A stretch of DNA of 63,903 nucleotides, counting the filler, from Octopus bimaculoides (lineage: Eukaryota): assembly GCF_001194135.2 (NCBI RefSeq). It is 6 parts of 5 records of this genome, joined end to end, with 100 filler letters (N's around TTAATTAATTAA, not from the genome) between each part and the next. Parts side by side here need not be neighbours in the genome. Positions count along the whole stretch, not along the records: positions 1 to 28,791 come from NC_068989.1; positions 28,892 to 43,328 come from NC_068984.1; 4 more parts are not named here. One strand, given 5' to 3'. Shown one piece after another: positions 28,265 to 40,286 of this stretch (positions are counted from its first letter, which is position 1; each line of letters opens with the position of its first letter). The position numbers and the translations under genes were made by a program. The notes under the pieces were generated by a model that was given only the letters and a program-made list of their open reading frames with translations, was not told where the DNA came from and searched no databases.

Positions 28265-28891
28265 AGAGAGGGAGAGAGAGATGGGGAGACGGAGAGAAAG
28301 AGAGAAAGAGAGAGGGAATGAGTGAGTGATAGTGACAGAGTGCAAGATATATCACTCCAAGATTCTTTGGTCAGAATACATAGAATGGTGAATCAGACAC
28401 GGAGGCACCACGACAGAGCTGCCAGCTATAACACTGAACAGAAGCCACACCTTTATTGGAATGGTTGGTGTTGATGGTGGAAAGGGTCCATAATTTGTTT
28501 GTATGGGGTGGGGGTGGGAGCGCGATGGTAGTGGTGGACAATGGGAGAGGAAGAAGAATAGGTTATCGCTGAGAAGAAAAGGAAAAGTGATACAACAGAA
28601 TGATAGATAAACCTAAGGATAGATAGAAAGGTAGATAAAGAGAGAGACACACAGAGAGAATGTGACGGATATAAATATGTGGATAGAAAAGGCAGACAAC
28701 ATATATATATATATATAGTTCAAAAAAACAAAAAAACAACAAAGTGAGGACGTGATATGGATAGTATTATTGGACGCTCAGGAAAGGAAAGNNNNNNNNN
28801 NNNNNNNNNNNNNNNNNNNNNNNNNNNNNNNNNNNTTAATTAATTAANNNNNNNNNNNNNNNNNNNNNNNNNNNNNNNNNNNNNNNNNNNN

Positions 28892-28926
<35 letters not shown>

Positions 28927-28942
28927 GTATGTATGTATGTAT

Positions 28943-31073
28943 TAGGGCTGGTAACGTTTAATTTAATTTTAATAATTAACTTTTGAGAAATTAACGATTA
29001 ATTAATAGTTAATTTCGATTGAAATATAAAAATGTCTGCAGTTGCATTTATTGACATGTTTATGATATATGTCAATTAAAATTCAGTTAAAAACAAAAAA
29101 TAGCATAGGTGTTTTCTCACTCAAATTTAACTGTTGGATAATCAGTTACGCAAACACAAAAGCATGTTAACAGTATTTGATTCAAGTGATGAACGCAACT
29201 TGTTAACAATGTAACCAGCAGAGCCAAATAATCATTCACACGGAACTGAGATAGCTAGAACAGTCTTGGCAAAAAATGCCAATTTCGGATATCGATGTTC
29301 ATTAAGTTTCCACCATTGTAGTGGATCAACTGATTCAGCAACTTTTTCCTCCATTTTATATCGCTGTACTTCATCAGAAGCGTTTTCGACATCCTCTTCT
29401 AAGTCTGAGTCAGACTTCATCAGCTTAATGCGCCTTTCATTAGGTTCGAATATAGTTTTAATGACACTGTCAGTATCATCTTGTGCATTAGTCTTCAACC
29501 GGTCATCATTAACATCAACTGCTATTTGTTGTTCAATAAGTAACCAAGTTTGTTCTTTTGAATCGTCTGATAAATACTTCAAGTTTTTATATCAAGGAGC
29601 AAGTGCTGTTGCAATCTGTAATATTTCAAAATTTTTCATGTCAGCTTCACATTTGCTGAAGTCATTAACAGATGCTGCCTTGAATCTGGTTATATAACCT
29701 GGATCATCATCATTTACAGTCATGTACTTTGTCAAAGACGATAACAGTGGCAATACACAGCTACATGACACATTTTTCACCAACAAGCAGGACCATAGTC
29801 TGAAAGAATAAGTCTAATACGTTGATGTATTATGAAATCTTTTCTCAATCAGAATTGAACACTTTTGGACCTTTATATTGCTTCTCTTCATCTGACATGT
29901 AGATAGTTATTGCTTCTCTGGCCTGCAGCAGACTCTGCAGCATTAGAAAAGTACTGTTCCATCTTGTTAGAATATCTTGCTGTAGCTTACGCAATGGTGA
30001 ATCACTACAATTCTGCAATTCAGTTGTGTGGATAGGGCTATGTTTAAAATGTCCTATGATTTTTTGACATGCAACAAACAATGTTTCTGTATCCACACAA
30101 TATGCTCAACTGCAAGCTATGAGCCAAACACGGATTATCAGCAAAACCAGTTTGATTAACAGCTGAAACCAAATTTTGTGCACTGTCTGTTACTAGAACC
30201 TGAATCTTCTTTGTTATATCCCAGTCTTTTACAAACTGTTTATATAACTTAGAAACATTGTCAGAATAGTGATGTTCAACAACATGTACACATACAAGAA
30301 TAACACTTAATGAATTCCAGTCATCAGCAAACCAATGGCCGGTGATTCCGCAATAACTTTCATTACCTAGGGAGTGCAATTGCCCTTGAATTTTTCACTG
30401 CTTCTTTAACACTTTCTCTTTCTCAGCCAACATTTTATCAATAGTGCACCGGCAAGGTAGTTTATATTCGGTATTTTGAAGTGCTGTAAGCAATTCTTAC
30501 TGAAGACCATCATCTTCTATTATCAATATTGGTCTGCCACTATTAGCTATCCAGTTTGCAAGTGATATTTTAATGACATGTAGTACGGTAGCACTCACCA
30601 GATGATCAGACCGATGATAAAACTGACACAAAGTAGTCTACTTAGAGGTAGATGACACTGCCACTGTAGACTAACTAGATGAAGCTGACTTTGTGAGATG
30701 AGGTTTCAAATACTGTAGCAAATATTTGTTTTGAAGGTGGTAAGTAAGCAATGTGTTAGATCCATGGTATGCAAACAATTTGTCGCAAAAGATGCAATAA
30801 ATTTTATCAAGAATTTTGATACTACCATTAGTCAACAATTTAAATCCAAAATGTTCATGTAATTCACCTGATAAAAGTTTATATTTGATAACTTGAATCT
30901 TTACTGCCGCCATTTTACTCTCGTTACTATTGCTTCCCGACTTTCAGCACATTTATTAATGATGGGTAGAAAATTAAATTTGAAACCAATTAATAAAAAT
31001 TTAATCATTAAAACGAAGATTTAATCAATAAAATAAATTAACAATCAATTAATCTTTAGATTGGGCAGCCCTA
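28943..31073 (-). mobile_element. hAT DNA transposon, near full length, transposase disrupted by stops and frameshifts
   Basis: TIR cores TAGGGCTG (28943) and CAGCCCTA (31066-31073). Minus-strand pieces include a BED finger (YCIFC...YHL), GITGHW, VTDSAQN, TRWNSTFLML and the dimerisation region DPLQWWK...YPKLA. Confidence 0.92.
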
Positions 31074-31103
31074 ATATATATATATAATGTATATACATAT
31101 AAT

Positions 31104-31136
<33 letters not shown>

Positions 31137-31309
31137 ACAATGAGAAAATGGAGGAGAATATGCGGTACCCAGCGACTTGCAGACAATGTATTCCGTTGAT
31201 TAATCTGTTTATTTTATAACTAAATTGACAAAATACACAATATACAAACACTTATGACATACCATATCATATTAACAAATAATTAAGATTTCAAATATAT
31301 ATCATCATC

Positions 31310-31392
31310 ATCATCATCATCGTTTAACATCCGCTTTCCATGCTAGCATGGGTTGGACGATTTGACTGAGGACTGGCAAGCCAGAAAGCTGC
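31310..31392 (-). mobile_element. 3' tip of the PHD-RT RTE-like LINE with a (GAT)n tail
   Basis: Matches 37752-37845. Confidence 0.75.
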
Positions 31393-31644
31393 TGAAACCA
31401 TGGATCAACTTTAGACGATGCTGACGGAGCTTGACATCAAAAGCTCTACAGTAGGTCTCAAGATGAATCACATGAAAACAAAGTTCATGCGTTCCAGCAA
31501 CGTACCAACAGGTCGAATGGTGGTCGGCAATGATGAAATAGAGGAGATAAAGGAATATGTATAACTGGGAAAGGAAGTGAATATGCACCAAGACATCGAA
31601 AAGGAGATCTTGCGGAGAATAAAGTCCAGTTGGAAAGCATTTAA
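31393..31644 (+). pseudogene. RTE-clade RT C-terminal fragment (a different lineage), interrupted by piggyBac; resumes at 33936-33978
   Basis: Reads GLKMNHMKTKFM...EYV*LG...EILRRIKSSWKAFN. After the piggyBac it continues GIK(D)VFKGKLN with one frameshift. Confidence 0.8.
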
Positions 31645-33935
31645 CCCTTTCATTACCAAACCACCCAAAGCCCCTTGAAAAAATTTTGGTTCATGTGACC
31701 AAGCCACCCAAAACCGCCCGTAATCACATATTCATATTTAAATGAGAATATCAGAGCAAACCTCGTTAGTACATTGGTGAAAACGTGATTATACTGCGTA
31801 AACAGTTCAGCTATAGTTTTGTACAACGATCGATGTGTCATTTTAATTTTGTGAATTTTGTGAGATTTTTTTCCAAATTTGTTCCTGTTGTGTTTTTAAA
31901 ATTTGTAATTCTGACAAAAAATGGATATGAATTTTATTCTGTCAAGCGGCGAGTCAGAATTCGAAGGATTTTCCATTGAAGACATTGATAAATCTCACTC
32001 TGTAACCGAAAAAAAAAAGCACGTGGTATTTGATAATGAATCTGATGTTTNNNNNNNNNNATTTAAATGAGAATATCAGAGCAAACCTCGTTAGTACATT
32101 GGTGAAAACGTGATTATACTGCGTAAACAGTTCAGCTATAGTTTTGTACAACGATCGATGTGTCATTTTAATTTTGTGAATTTTGTGAGATTTTTTTCCA
32201 AATTTGTTCCTGTTGTGTTTTTAAAATTTGTAATTCTGACAAAAAATGGATATGAATTTTATTCTGTCAAGCGGCGAGTCAGAATTCGAAGGATTTTCCA
32301 TTGAAGACATTGATAAATCTCACTCTGTAACCGAAAAAAAAAAGCACGTGGTATTTGATAATGAATCTGATGTTTCATTTTCCAAAAGTGAAAGCAGTGA
32401 ATCCGAGAGCTCCGCTGACAGCGATAAAGAGAATGAATTGGAACCTGAATGGAGTGAAAAATTTTAAACTGTTTCTTTCAGTGATTTTTCTAAAGAAACT
32501 GGACCAAGTCACAGTCTTACCCAGGAGAGTAAAGCTTTGGACTATTTCTTTTTGCTTTTTCTGATGTACCTATTTGAAATGATTAGGGCGGAAACAAATC
32601 GTTACGCTGAAAGTAAGCAAAGCGTAAAAAAGGATAGTTTGTGGGTTTCCCACAAACTTGAATGAAATTAAGGCATATTTTGCCATAAATATTATTATGG
32701 GCATTAGAAAGTTACTCAGAATAACAAATTACTGGNNNNNNNNNNTTATTATGGGCATTAGAAAGTTACTCAGAATAACAAATTACTGGAGTAGTGATGA
32801 ACCCTTTGGAGACGAATATGTCTTGAGTATAATGACAAGGACACATTTTTTGAAATTGACTCAATATTTACATAGAGACATGAGCAGTACACCAGTACGT
32901 GGAGAACCAGACTTTGATCCCTTATTTAAAATAAGACCCCTCATTGACTGTGTTCAANNNNNNNNNNAGTATTACTAATGCGTTTATACTATATACCAAA
33001 TCAGGGCCGGCTCGAAAGTGATGCGACCATCTGCAGTTCCGTGCAGATGTAACAACACAACTAAGAGCTGGTTATTCCTAAAAAATCAAAAAAAAATAAC
33101 TGTAGGGAGAAAAGCAAAGCCTGCCAGAGAGATATCCCTCTGAATTCAGCCGATCTCCATAAATTATAAAAAAACCCAGTGTCGCGAATGCCTTCATCAA
33201 AACAGGAAAGCTCCTAGTGGAAGGGGTGATGAAACAACTTTCCAATGTGCATTCTGCAAGGTTGCATTATGCAGAGCAGGGTGCTTTACAAGTTTTCATG
33301 ATAGGAATATTGTTTGATCTGTATATATGTGTGATTTGATTTTATAAATATTTTCAAATTTATTTCGTTTTAATTTTTCTTTATGTGTAATTTTAATTTA
33401 CCTGTAAGGTGAGTGACGAATTTTGATTAATTTATTTTGTAAATCATTTTTGCATATTTCTGTGTATCTATGTATATGAGAGAGCTTATTTAATCTAGTT
33501 GATGGTGTATGTGTATTTTGTTTTCTAGTTTTCTTTACAGACTAATTCCAGTCTTTTGTTTATTTATAACTTTATGGTACACCTGTCTTTGGTGTGTTAA
33601 ATTCACCTGATGAATCCAGTAATGTGTGCATTAATAAAATTTTGTTGTATACCCTATTGAATATTAGCTAATAACAAATTTTCTCTAGCGATGTTTGAAC
33701 AAAAATTTTAATAATTTCATATTTTGTTGAATTTACCTGTATTTACTTGTAATTAGAGTCACTTTGTGACAAAAATTATGGTTATAGCATTGGTTGAGAA
33801 CCTTTTGCTAAATTATCTTCAAAATTCACTTTAATATGTTGATAAATAAAAAAGTTAGAGTTGTTTAATGAAACCAGACTAAATTTATTATTATGTTAGA
33901 AATTATTTTGGTTAACAATAATGGTAACGAAAGTG
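31645..33935 (+). mobile_element. piggyBac DNA transposon with TTAA target duplication; catalytic core missing
   Basis: TTAA at 31641-31644 and 33936-33939. TIRs CCCTTTCATTACC and GGTAACGAAAGTG match 11/13. Acidic N-terminus from ATG 32246, EIKAYFAINIIMGI...YWS...DPLFKIRPLID, and a C-terminal Cys-rich domain CREC...CAFCKVALCRAGCF at ~33180-33310. Confidence 0.92.
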
Positions 33936-33978
33936 TTAATGGCATAAAAATGTGTTCAAGGGAAAGTTAAACAGGACC

Positions 33979-35125
33979 GGACGATTTGACTGAGGACTGG
34001 TGAACCAGATGGCTACACCAGGCTCCAATCTGATTTGGCAGAGTTTCTATAGCTGGATGCCCTTCCTAACGCCAACCACTCAGAGAATGTAGTGGGTGCA
34101 TTTACGTGTCACCTGCACGAAGGCCAGTCAAGCGGTACTGGCAACGGCCACGCTCAAAATGTTGTATTTTATGTGCCACCCGCACAAGAGCCAGTCCAGG
34201 GGCACTGGCAACGATCTCGCTCGAAAGTCCTTACACATGCCGCGGGCACAAGTGCCAGAAAGGCGACGCTGGGCACAGGTGCCATTACGATTTCATTTTC
34301 GCTTGTCCCAATAAGTCTTCGCAAGCTGAGTTTCGTGTCCAATGAGGGAGACGACGTTGGCATGGGTGCCAGTCGTCGAATTTAACCCGATTTCGATTTC
34401 ACTTGCCTCAACAGGTCTTCGCAAGTGGAGTTTAGTGTCCCATGAAGGAAGGTACGCATAAGTGGACTGGCTGAGGCCTTAGATTTAGGTCTCATTTANN
34501 NNNNNNNNNNNNNNNNNNNNNNNNNNNNNNNNNNNNNNNNNNNNNNNNNNNNNNNNNNNNNNNNNNNCCGGACGATTTGACTGAGGACTGGTGAACCAGA
34601 TGGCTACACCAGGCTCCAATCTGATTTGGCAGAGTTTCTATAGCTGGATGCCCTTCCTAACGCCAACCACTCAGAGAATGTAGTGGGTGCATTTACGTGT
34701 CACCTGCACGAAGGCCAGTCAAGCGGTACTGGCAACGGCCACGCTCAAAATGTTGTATTTTATGTGCCACCCGCACAAGAGCCAGTCCAGGGGCACTGGC
34801 AACGATCTCGCTCGAAAGTCCTTACACATGCCGCGGGCACAAGTGCCAGAAAGGCGACGCTGGGCACAGGTGCCATTACGATTTCATTTTCGCTTGTCCC
34901 AATAAGTCTTCGCAAGCTGAGTTTCGTGTCCAATGAGGGAGACGACGTTGGCATGGGTGCCAGTCGTCGAATTTAACCCGATTTCGATTTCACTTGCCTC
35001 AACAGGTCTTCGCAAGTGGAGTTTAGTGTCCCATGAAGGAAGGTACGCATAAGTGGACTGGCTGAGGCCTTAGATTTAGGTCTCATTTACCTTGCCTGGT
35101 CTTCTCACGCACAGCATATTTCCAA
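33979..35125 (-). mobile_element. 5'-truncated RTE-like (PHD-RT family) LINE: 3' UTR and last ORF2 codons; duplicated across the gap
   Basis: Reverse complement of 42890-43328. Segments 33979-34497 and 34570-35088 appear identical. Confidence 0.85.
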
Positions 35126-37081
35126 TTGGCAGAGTTTCTACAGCTGGATGCCCTTCCTAACGCCAACCACTCAGAGAGTGTAGTGGGTGCTTTTACATGC
35201 CACCGGCAAGAAGGCAAGTCAGGCGGTACTGGCAACAGCTACGCTCAAAATGGTGTATTTTATGTGCCACCCGCACAAGAGCCAGTCCAGGGGCACTGAC
35301 AACGATCTCTCTCAAAAGTCCATACACATGCCGTGGGCACAAGTGCCAGAAAGGCAATGCTGGGCACAGGTGCCATCACGATTTCGCTTTCGGTTGCCCC
35401 AATAAGTCTTTGCAAGCTGAGTTTTGTATCCAATAAAGGAGACGACGTTGGCATGGGTGCCAGTCGTCGAATTTAACTCAATTTCGATTTCACTTGCCAC
35501 AACAGGTCTTCGCAAGTGGAGTTTAGTGTCCAATGAAGGAAGGTANNNNNNNNNNNNNNNNNNNNNNNNNNNNNNNNNNNNNNNNNNNNNNNNNNNNNNN
35601 NNNNNNNNNNNNNNNNNNNNNNNNNNNNNNNNNNNNNNNNNNNNNNNNNNNNNNNNNNNNNNNNNNNNNNNNNNNNNNNNNNNNNNNNNNNNNNNNNNNN
35701 NNNNNNNNNNNNNNNNNNNNNNNNNNNNNNNNNNNNNNNNNNNNNNNNNNNNNNNNNNNNNNNNNNNNNNNNNNNNNNNNNNNNNNNNNNNNNNNNNNNN
35801 NNNNNNNNNNNNNNNNNNNNNNNNNNNNNNNNNNNNNNNNNNNNNNNNNNNNNNNNNNNNNNNNNNNNNNNNNNNNNNNNNNNNNNNNNNNNNNNNNNNN
35901 NNNNNNNNNNNNNNNNNNNNNNNNNNNNNNNNNNNNNNNNNNNNNNNNNNNNNNNNNNNNNNNNNNNNNNNNNNNNNNNNNNNNNNNNNNNNNNNNNNNN
36001 NNNNNNNNNNNNNNNNNNNNNNNNNNNNNNNNNNNNNNNNNNNNNNNNGCTACTTGTAGTTTTTCTTCCTGGAATGTGACAGAAGCTGTTCTCTGCACAT
36101 TTTCAGTGTTTATAACACCTGAGCATCTGCCACATACAAAAACTATATTCCCAGTTAGCCTTCCCTTGATATTGCTGCACCTCTTATGTGTCCATAGCTT
36201 GCACTGGGTACATCTTATAGAGTTTGTACCTACGCCTTTTCTACAGATCGAGCAGGGCCATCTACCTGAAGAGGTTTCTGTGTGGTCTACCTTCCTACTT
36301 ATTAAGACTTTGGTTTTAGCTAGGTTGACTCTAGGGCCCTTCGATTCTAAACCTTGCTTCCACACCTGAAACTTCTCCTCTAGTTCTGATAGTGACTCAG
36401 CAACTAGTGCAAGGTCATCAGCATAGAGGAGCTCCCAGGGGCATCCTGTCTTGAATTCCTCTGTTATCGCCTGGAGGACTATGATAAATAGGAGGGGGCT
36501 GAGGACTGAACTTTGGTGGACCCCTACCTCTACCAGGAATTCTTCACTGTACTCATTGCCAAACCTCACCTTACTGATAGCATCTCTGTACATGGCTCGC
36601 ACAGCTCTCACTAACCATTCATCTATCCCTACTTTCCTCATTGACCACCAGATAATGGATCGGGGGACCCTGTCAAAGGCTTTCTCCATGTCAACGAAAG
36701 CCAGGTACATAGGTTTATTTTTGGCTAGGTATTTCTCCTGCAGCTGCCTTACTAGAAATATAGCATCAGTGGTGCATTTCCCTGGCACAACCCCAAAGTG
36801 CATCTCATCTAAACTGACTCTCTCTCTCTAATTAGTTGGGCTATGACCCTTTCTGTGACTTTCATTACCTGATCTAACAACTTGATACCTCTGTAATTAT
36901 TTGTATCTAAAGTGTCCCCTTTATCTTTGTAGCAGTTGACTATGGTGCTGCTACACCAGTCATTGGGTATGACTCCTTCATGTATCACCTGGTTAACAAT
37001 ACGGGTGACTAGGCTATAGCGAACACTACCAGATATTTTGAGCATCTCTGCAGTGATTCCTGAAGGGCTGGGGGCTTTCCC
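35126..37081 (-). mobile_element. RTE-like LINE copy A: RT with an embedded PHD finger, plus 3' UTR
   Basis: NYRGIKLL, HFGVVPGKCTTDAIF, FVDMEKAFD, VGVHQSSVLSPLLF, LLYADDL; PHD at 36123-36254. Confidence 0.93.
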
Positions 37082-37088
37082 TATATAA

Positions 37089-37139
<51 letters not shown>

Positions 37140-37714
37140 NNNNNNNNNNNNNNNNNNNNNNNNNNNNNNNNNNNNNNNNNNNNNNNNNNNNNNNNNNNNN
37201 NNNNNNNNNNNNNNNNNNNNNNNNNNNNNNNNNNNNNNNNNNNNNNNNNNNNNNNNNNNNNNNNNNNNNNNNNNNNNNNNNNNNNNNNNNNNNNNNNNNN
37301 NNNNNNNNNNNNNNNNNNNNNNNNNNNNNNNNNNNNNNNNNNNNNNNNNNNNNNNNNNNNNNNNNNNNNNNNNNNNNNNNNNNNNNNNNNNNNNNNNNNN
37401 NNNNNNNNNNNNNNNNNNNNNNNNNNNNNNNNNNNNNNNNNNNNNNNNNNNNNNNNNNNNNNNNNNNNNNNNNNNNNNNNNNNNNNNNNNNNNNNNNNNN
37501 NNNNNNNNNNNNNNNNNNNNNNNNNNNNNNNNNNNNNNNNNNNNNNNNNNNNNNNNNNNNNNNNNNNNNNNNNNNNNNNNNNNNNNNNNNNNNNNNNNNN
37601 NNNNNNNNNNNNNNNNNNNNNNNNNNNNNNNNNNNNNNNNNNNNNNNNNNNNNNNNNNNNNNNNNNNNNNNNNNNNNNNNNNNNNNNNNNNNNNNNNNNN
37701 NNNNNNNNNNNNNN

Positions 37715-37751
<37 letters not shown>

Positions 37752-37753
<2 letters not shown>

Positions 37754-39586
37754 CATCATCATCATCATTGTCGTTTAATGCCTGCTTTCCATGCTGACAT
37801 GGGTTGGATGGTTTAACTGAGGACTGGTGAGCCAGAAAGCTGCACTGGGTTCAATCTGATCTGATAGAGTTTCTACAGTTGGAAGCCCTTCGTAATGTCA
37901 ACCAGTCAAAGAGTGTAGTGGGTGCTTTTACAGGATACTGGTAAGAGGGCTAGTCAGGCAGTACTGGCAACGACCACGCTCAAAAGGTGTTTTTTATGTG
38001 CTACCTGCACAGGAGCCAGTCCAGCAGCACTAGCAACGACCACACTCAAATGTGCTTTTATTGTTCCATTGGTATGAGGGCCAATCAGGTGGTACTGTCA
38101 ATGGCTACGTCAGCGATTCTGATTTCACTTGCCTGAATAGGTCTTCACAAGCAAAGTTTATAGTCCAATGAATGACGAGTATTCATAAGTGGGCTGGTTA
38201 CACCCACTGGCATAGGTCACAGGCTTTGGTCTCACTTGGCTTGTCAGATTTCTTAAACACAGCATATCTCCAAAGGTCCCAGTCACTAGTCATTGCCTCG
38301 GTAGGGCCCAATGTTCAAAGATAGTGCTTCACCACCTCATCCCAGGTCTTCCTAGGTCTACCCCTTCCACACGTTCCCTCAACTGCTAGGGTGTGACACT
38401 TTTTCGCACAGCTGTTCTCATTCATTCGCAACACTTGACCATACCAGTGCAGTCGTCTCTCTTGCACACCACATCTGATGCTTCTTAATTCCAACTTTTC
38501 TCTCAGGGCACTTACACTCTGTCGTGTATGCACATTGACATTACACATACATCGGAGCATACTGGCTTCATTCCTTGTGAGCTTACGCATGTCCTCAGCA
38601 GTCACAGCCCATGTTTCACTGCCATGTAGCATGGCTGTTTGTACACATGCATCATACAATCTACCTTTTACTCTGAGCGAGAGGCCCTTTGTCACCAGTA
38701 GAGGTAGGAGCACTCTGAGCTTTGCTCACGCTATTCTTCTTCTTGCAGCTACATTCATTTTCAAAGCATCCACCTCCGCTACTGACTTGGTCTCCTAGGT
38801 AATGGAAGCTATCAGCTACTTGTAGTTTTTCTTCCTGGAATGTGACAGAAGCTGTTCTCTGCACATTTTCAGTGTTTATAACACCTGAGCATCTGCCACA
38901 TACAAAAACTATACTCCCAGTTAGCTTTCCATTGATATTGCTGCACCTCTTATGTGTCCATAGCTTACACTGGGTACATCTTATGGAGTTTCTACCTACG
39001 CCTTTTCTACAGATCGAGTAGGACCACCTACCTGAAGGGATTTCTGTTTGTCTGCCTTCCTACTTATTAAGAGTTTGGTTTTAGCTAAGTTGACACTAAG
39101 GCCCTTCGATTCTAGACCTTGCTTTGGCACCTGAAACTTTTCCTCTAGTTCTGATGCTGACTCTGCAATTAGAGCAAGGTCATTAGCATAGAGGAGTTCC
39201 CAGGGACATCCTGTCTTGAATTCCTGTGTTATTGCCTGAAGGACTATGATGAATAAGAAGGGGCTGAGGACTGAACCTTGGTGGACTCCTACCTCTATCC
39301 GGAATTCTTCACTGTATTCATTGCCGACCATCACCTTAATGACAGCATCCCTGAACATGGCTTGCACAGCTCCCACAAACCATTCATCTATCCCTAGTTT
39401 CTTCATTGACCAGCAGGTAAGGGATGTGGGGCCTGGTCAAAGATTTTCTCCATGTCAACGAAAGCCAGGTACATAGGTTTATCTTTGTCTAGGTATTTCT
39501 CCTGCAGATGTCTTACCAGAAATATAGCATCAGTGCTGCTTTTCCCTGACACGAATCTAAACTGCATCTCATCTAAACTGACTCTA
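37752..39586 (-). mobile_element. RTE-like LINE copy B, 5'-truncated, with (GAT)n tail, degenerate
   Basis: GVHQGSVLSPFLF, LLYANDL, PHD remnant at 38889-39020, AMLHGSETW, RGRPRKTW. Confidence 0.92.
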
Positions 39587-39626
39587 TAAAATATATTTAT
39601 ATACTATATACATATATAATATATAT

Positions 39627-39695
<69 letters not shown>

Positions 39696-40286
39696 CACAC
39701 ACACACACACCCACATATATAAGATTAAATAAATGGAGTTATACACATGTGTTAAATAATTTCTTTTACCTCTGCCATATGTTTCGAAGATTACAATTGG
39801 TTCATTCCAAGGGAATGTATGATGTTGAAAAAGATGTCATCTTCTCTTCAGGGAAATACAGAAAAATCAACTCAACTGTAAGACATAATTACCGAATGTG
39901 ACAACTGCATGTAGAGAAGAACGCTACATAGATTATTTGAAAAAACTGTTGGAAATTGCAACACTACAATCCAGTACGTTGGATGTGGAAGGAAGAAAAG
40001 GAGAAAAACGATTTTTCTATCTATGAAGATAAATACATTAAATTGGTGGTAATGATAAATACAGTCATTGTTCTCATTCTAACCTTGTTGACAATAATAT
40101 ACAGACAAACGCTTTTTCACATAAGAGGGGAGGTAACCGTTATTTAAGACCCGTTTTTAATAATAATGGTAAATTGAAGTTTTGAAGTTTTTTTAGAAAT
40201 AATAACACCCATACAAAGCCTGGATCCGATAAAAAAATATCTGGTTTATTATTCCATTTGGAAAACAGATTAAATCCAATCTTGCT

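Noticed and set aside
28735-28791. Possible start of another pLTR-like repeat
   Set aside because: It is cut by a gap before any diagnostic motif.
28836-28847. TTAATTAATTAA islands inside N-runs (also 43373-43384, 54162-54173, 57451-57462, 62125-62136)
   Set aside because: An identical palindromic 12-mer with stops in all six frames, always isolated within gaps: an assembly spacer, not biology.
31733-32375. 325-bp direct repeat in the piggyBac 5' region (similar echoes at 32690-32790, 54218-54400, 58660-58775)
   Set aside because: Exact repeats on either side of or beside short N-gaps; most likely scaffolding artefacts.
33979-35088. Apparent 591-bp tandem duplication
   Set aside because: The copies appear identical and are separated by an N-gap, so overlapping contig ends are the likely cause.
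34092-35533. Repeated 64-97 aa ORFs
   Set aside because: They lie in the LINE 3' UTR, vary between copies and show no recognisable domain.
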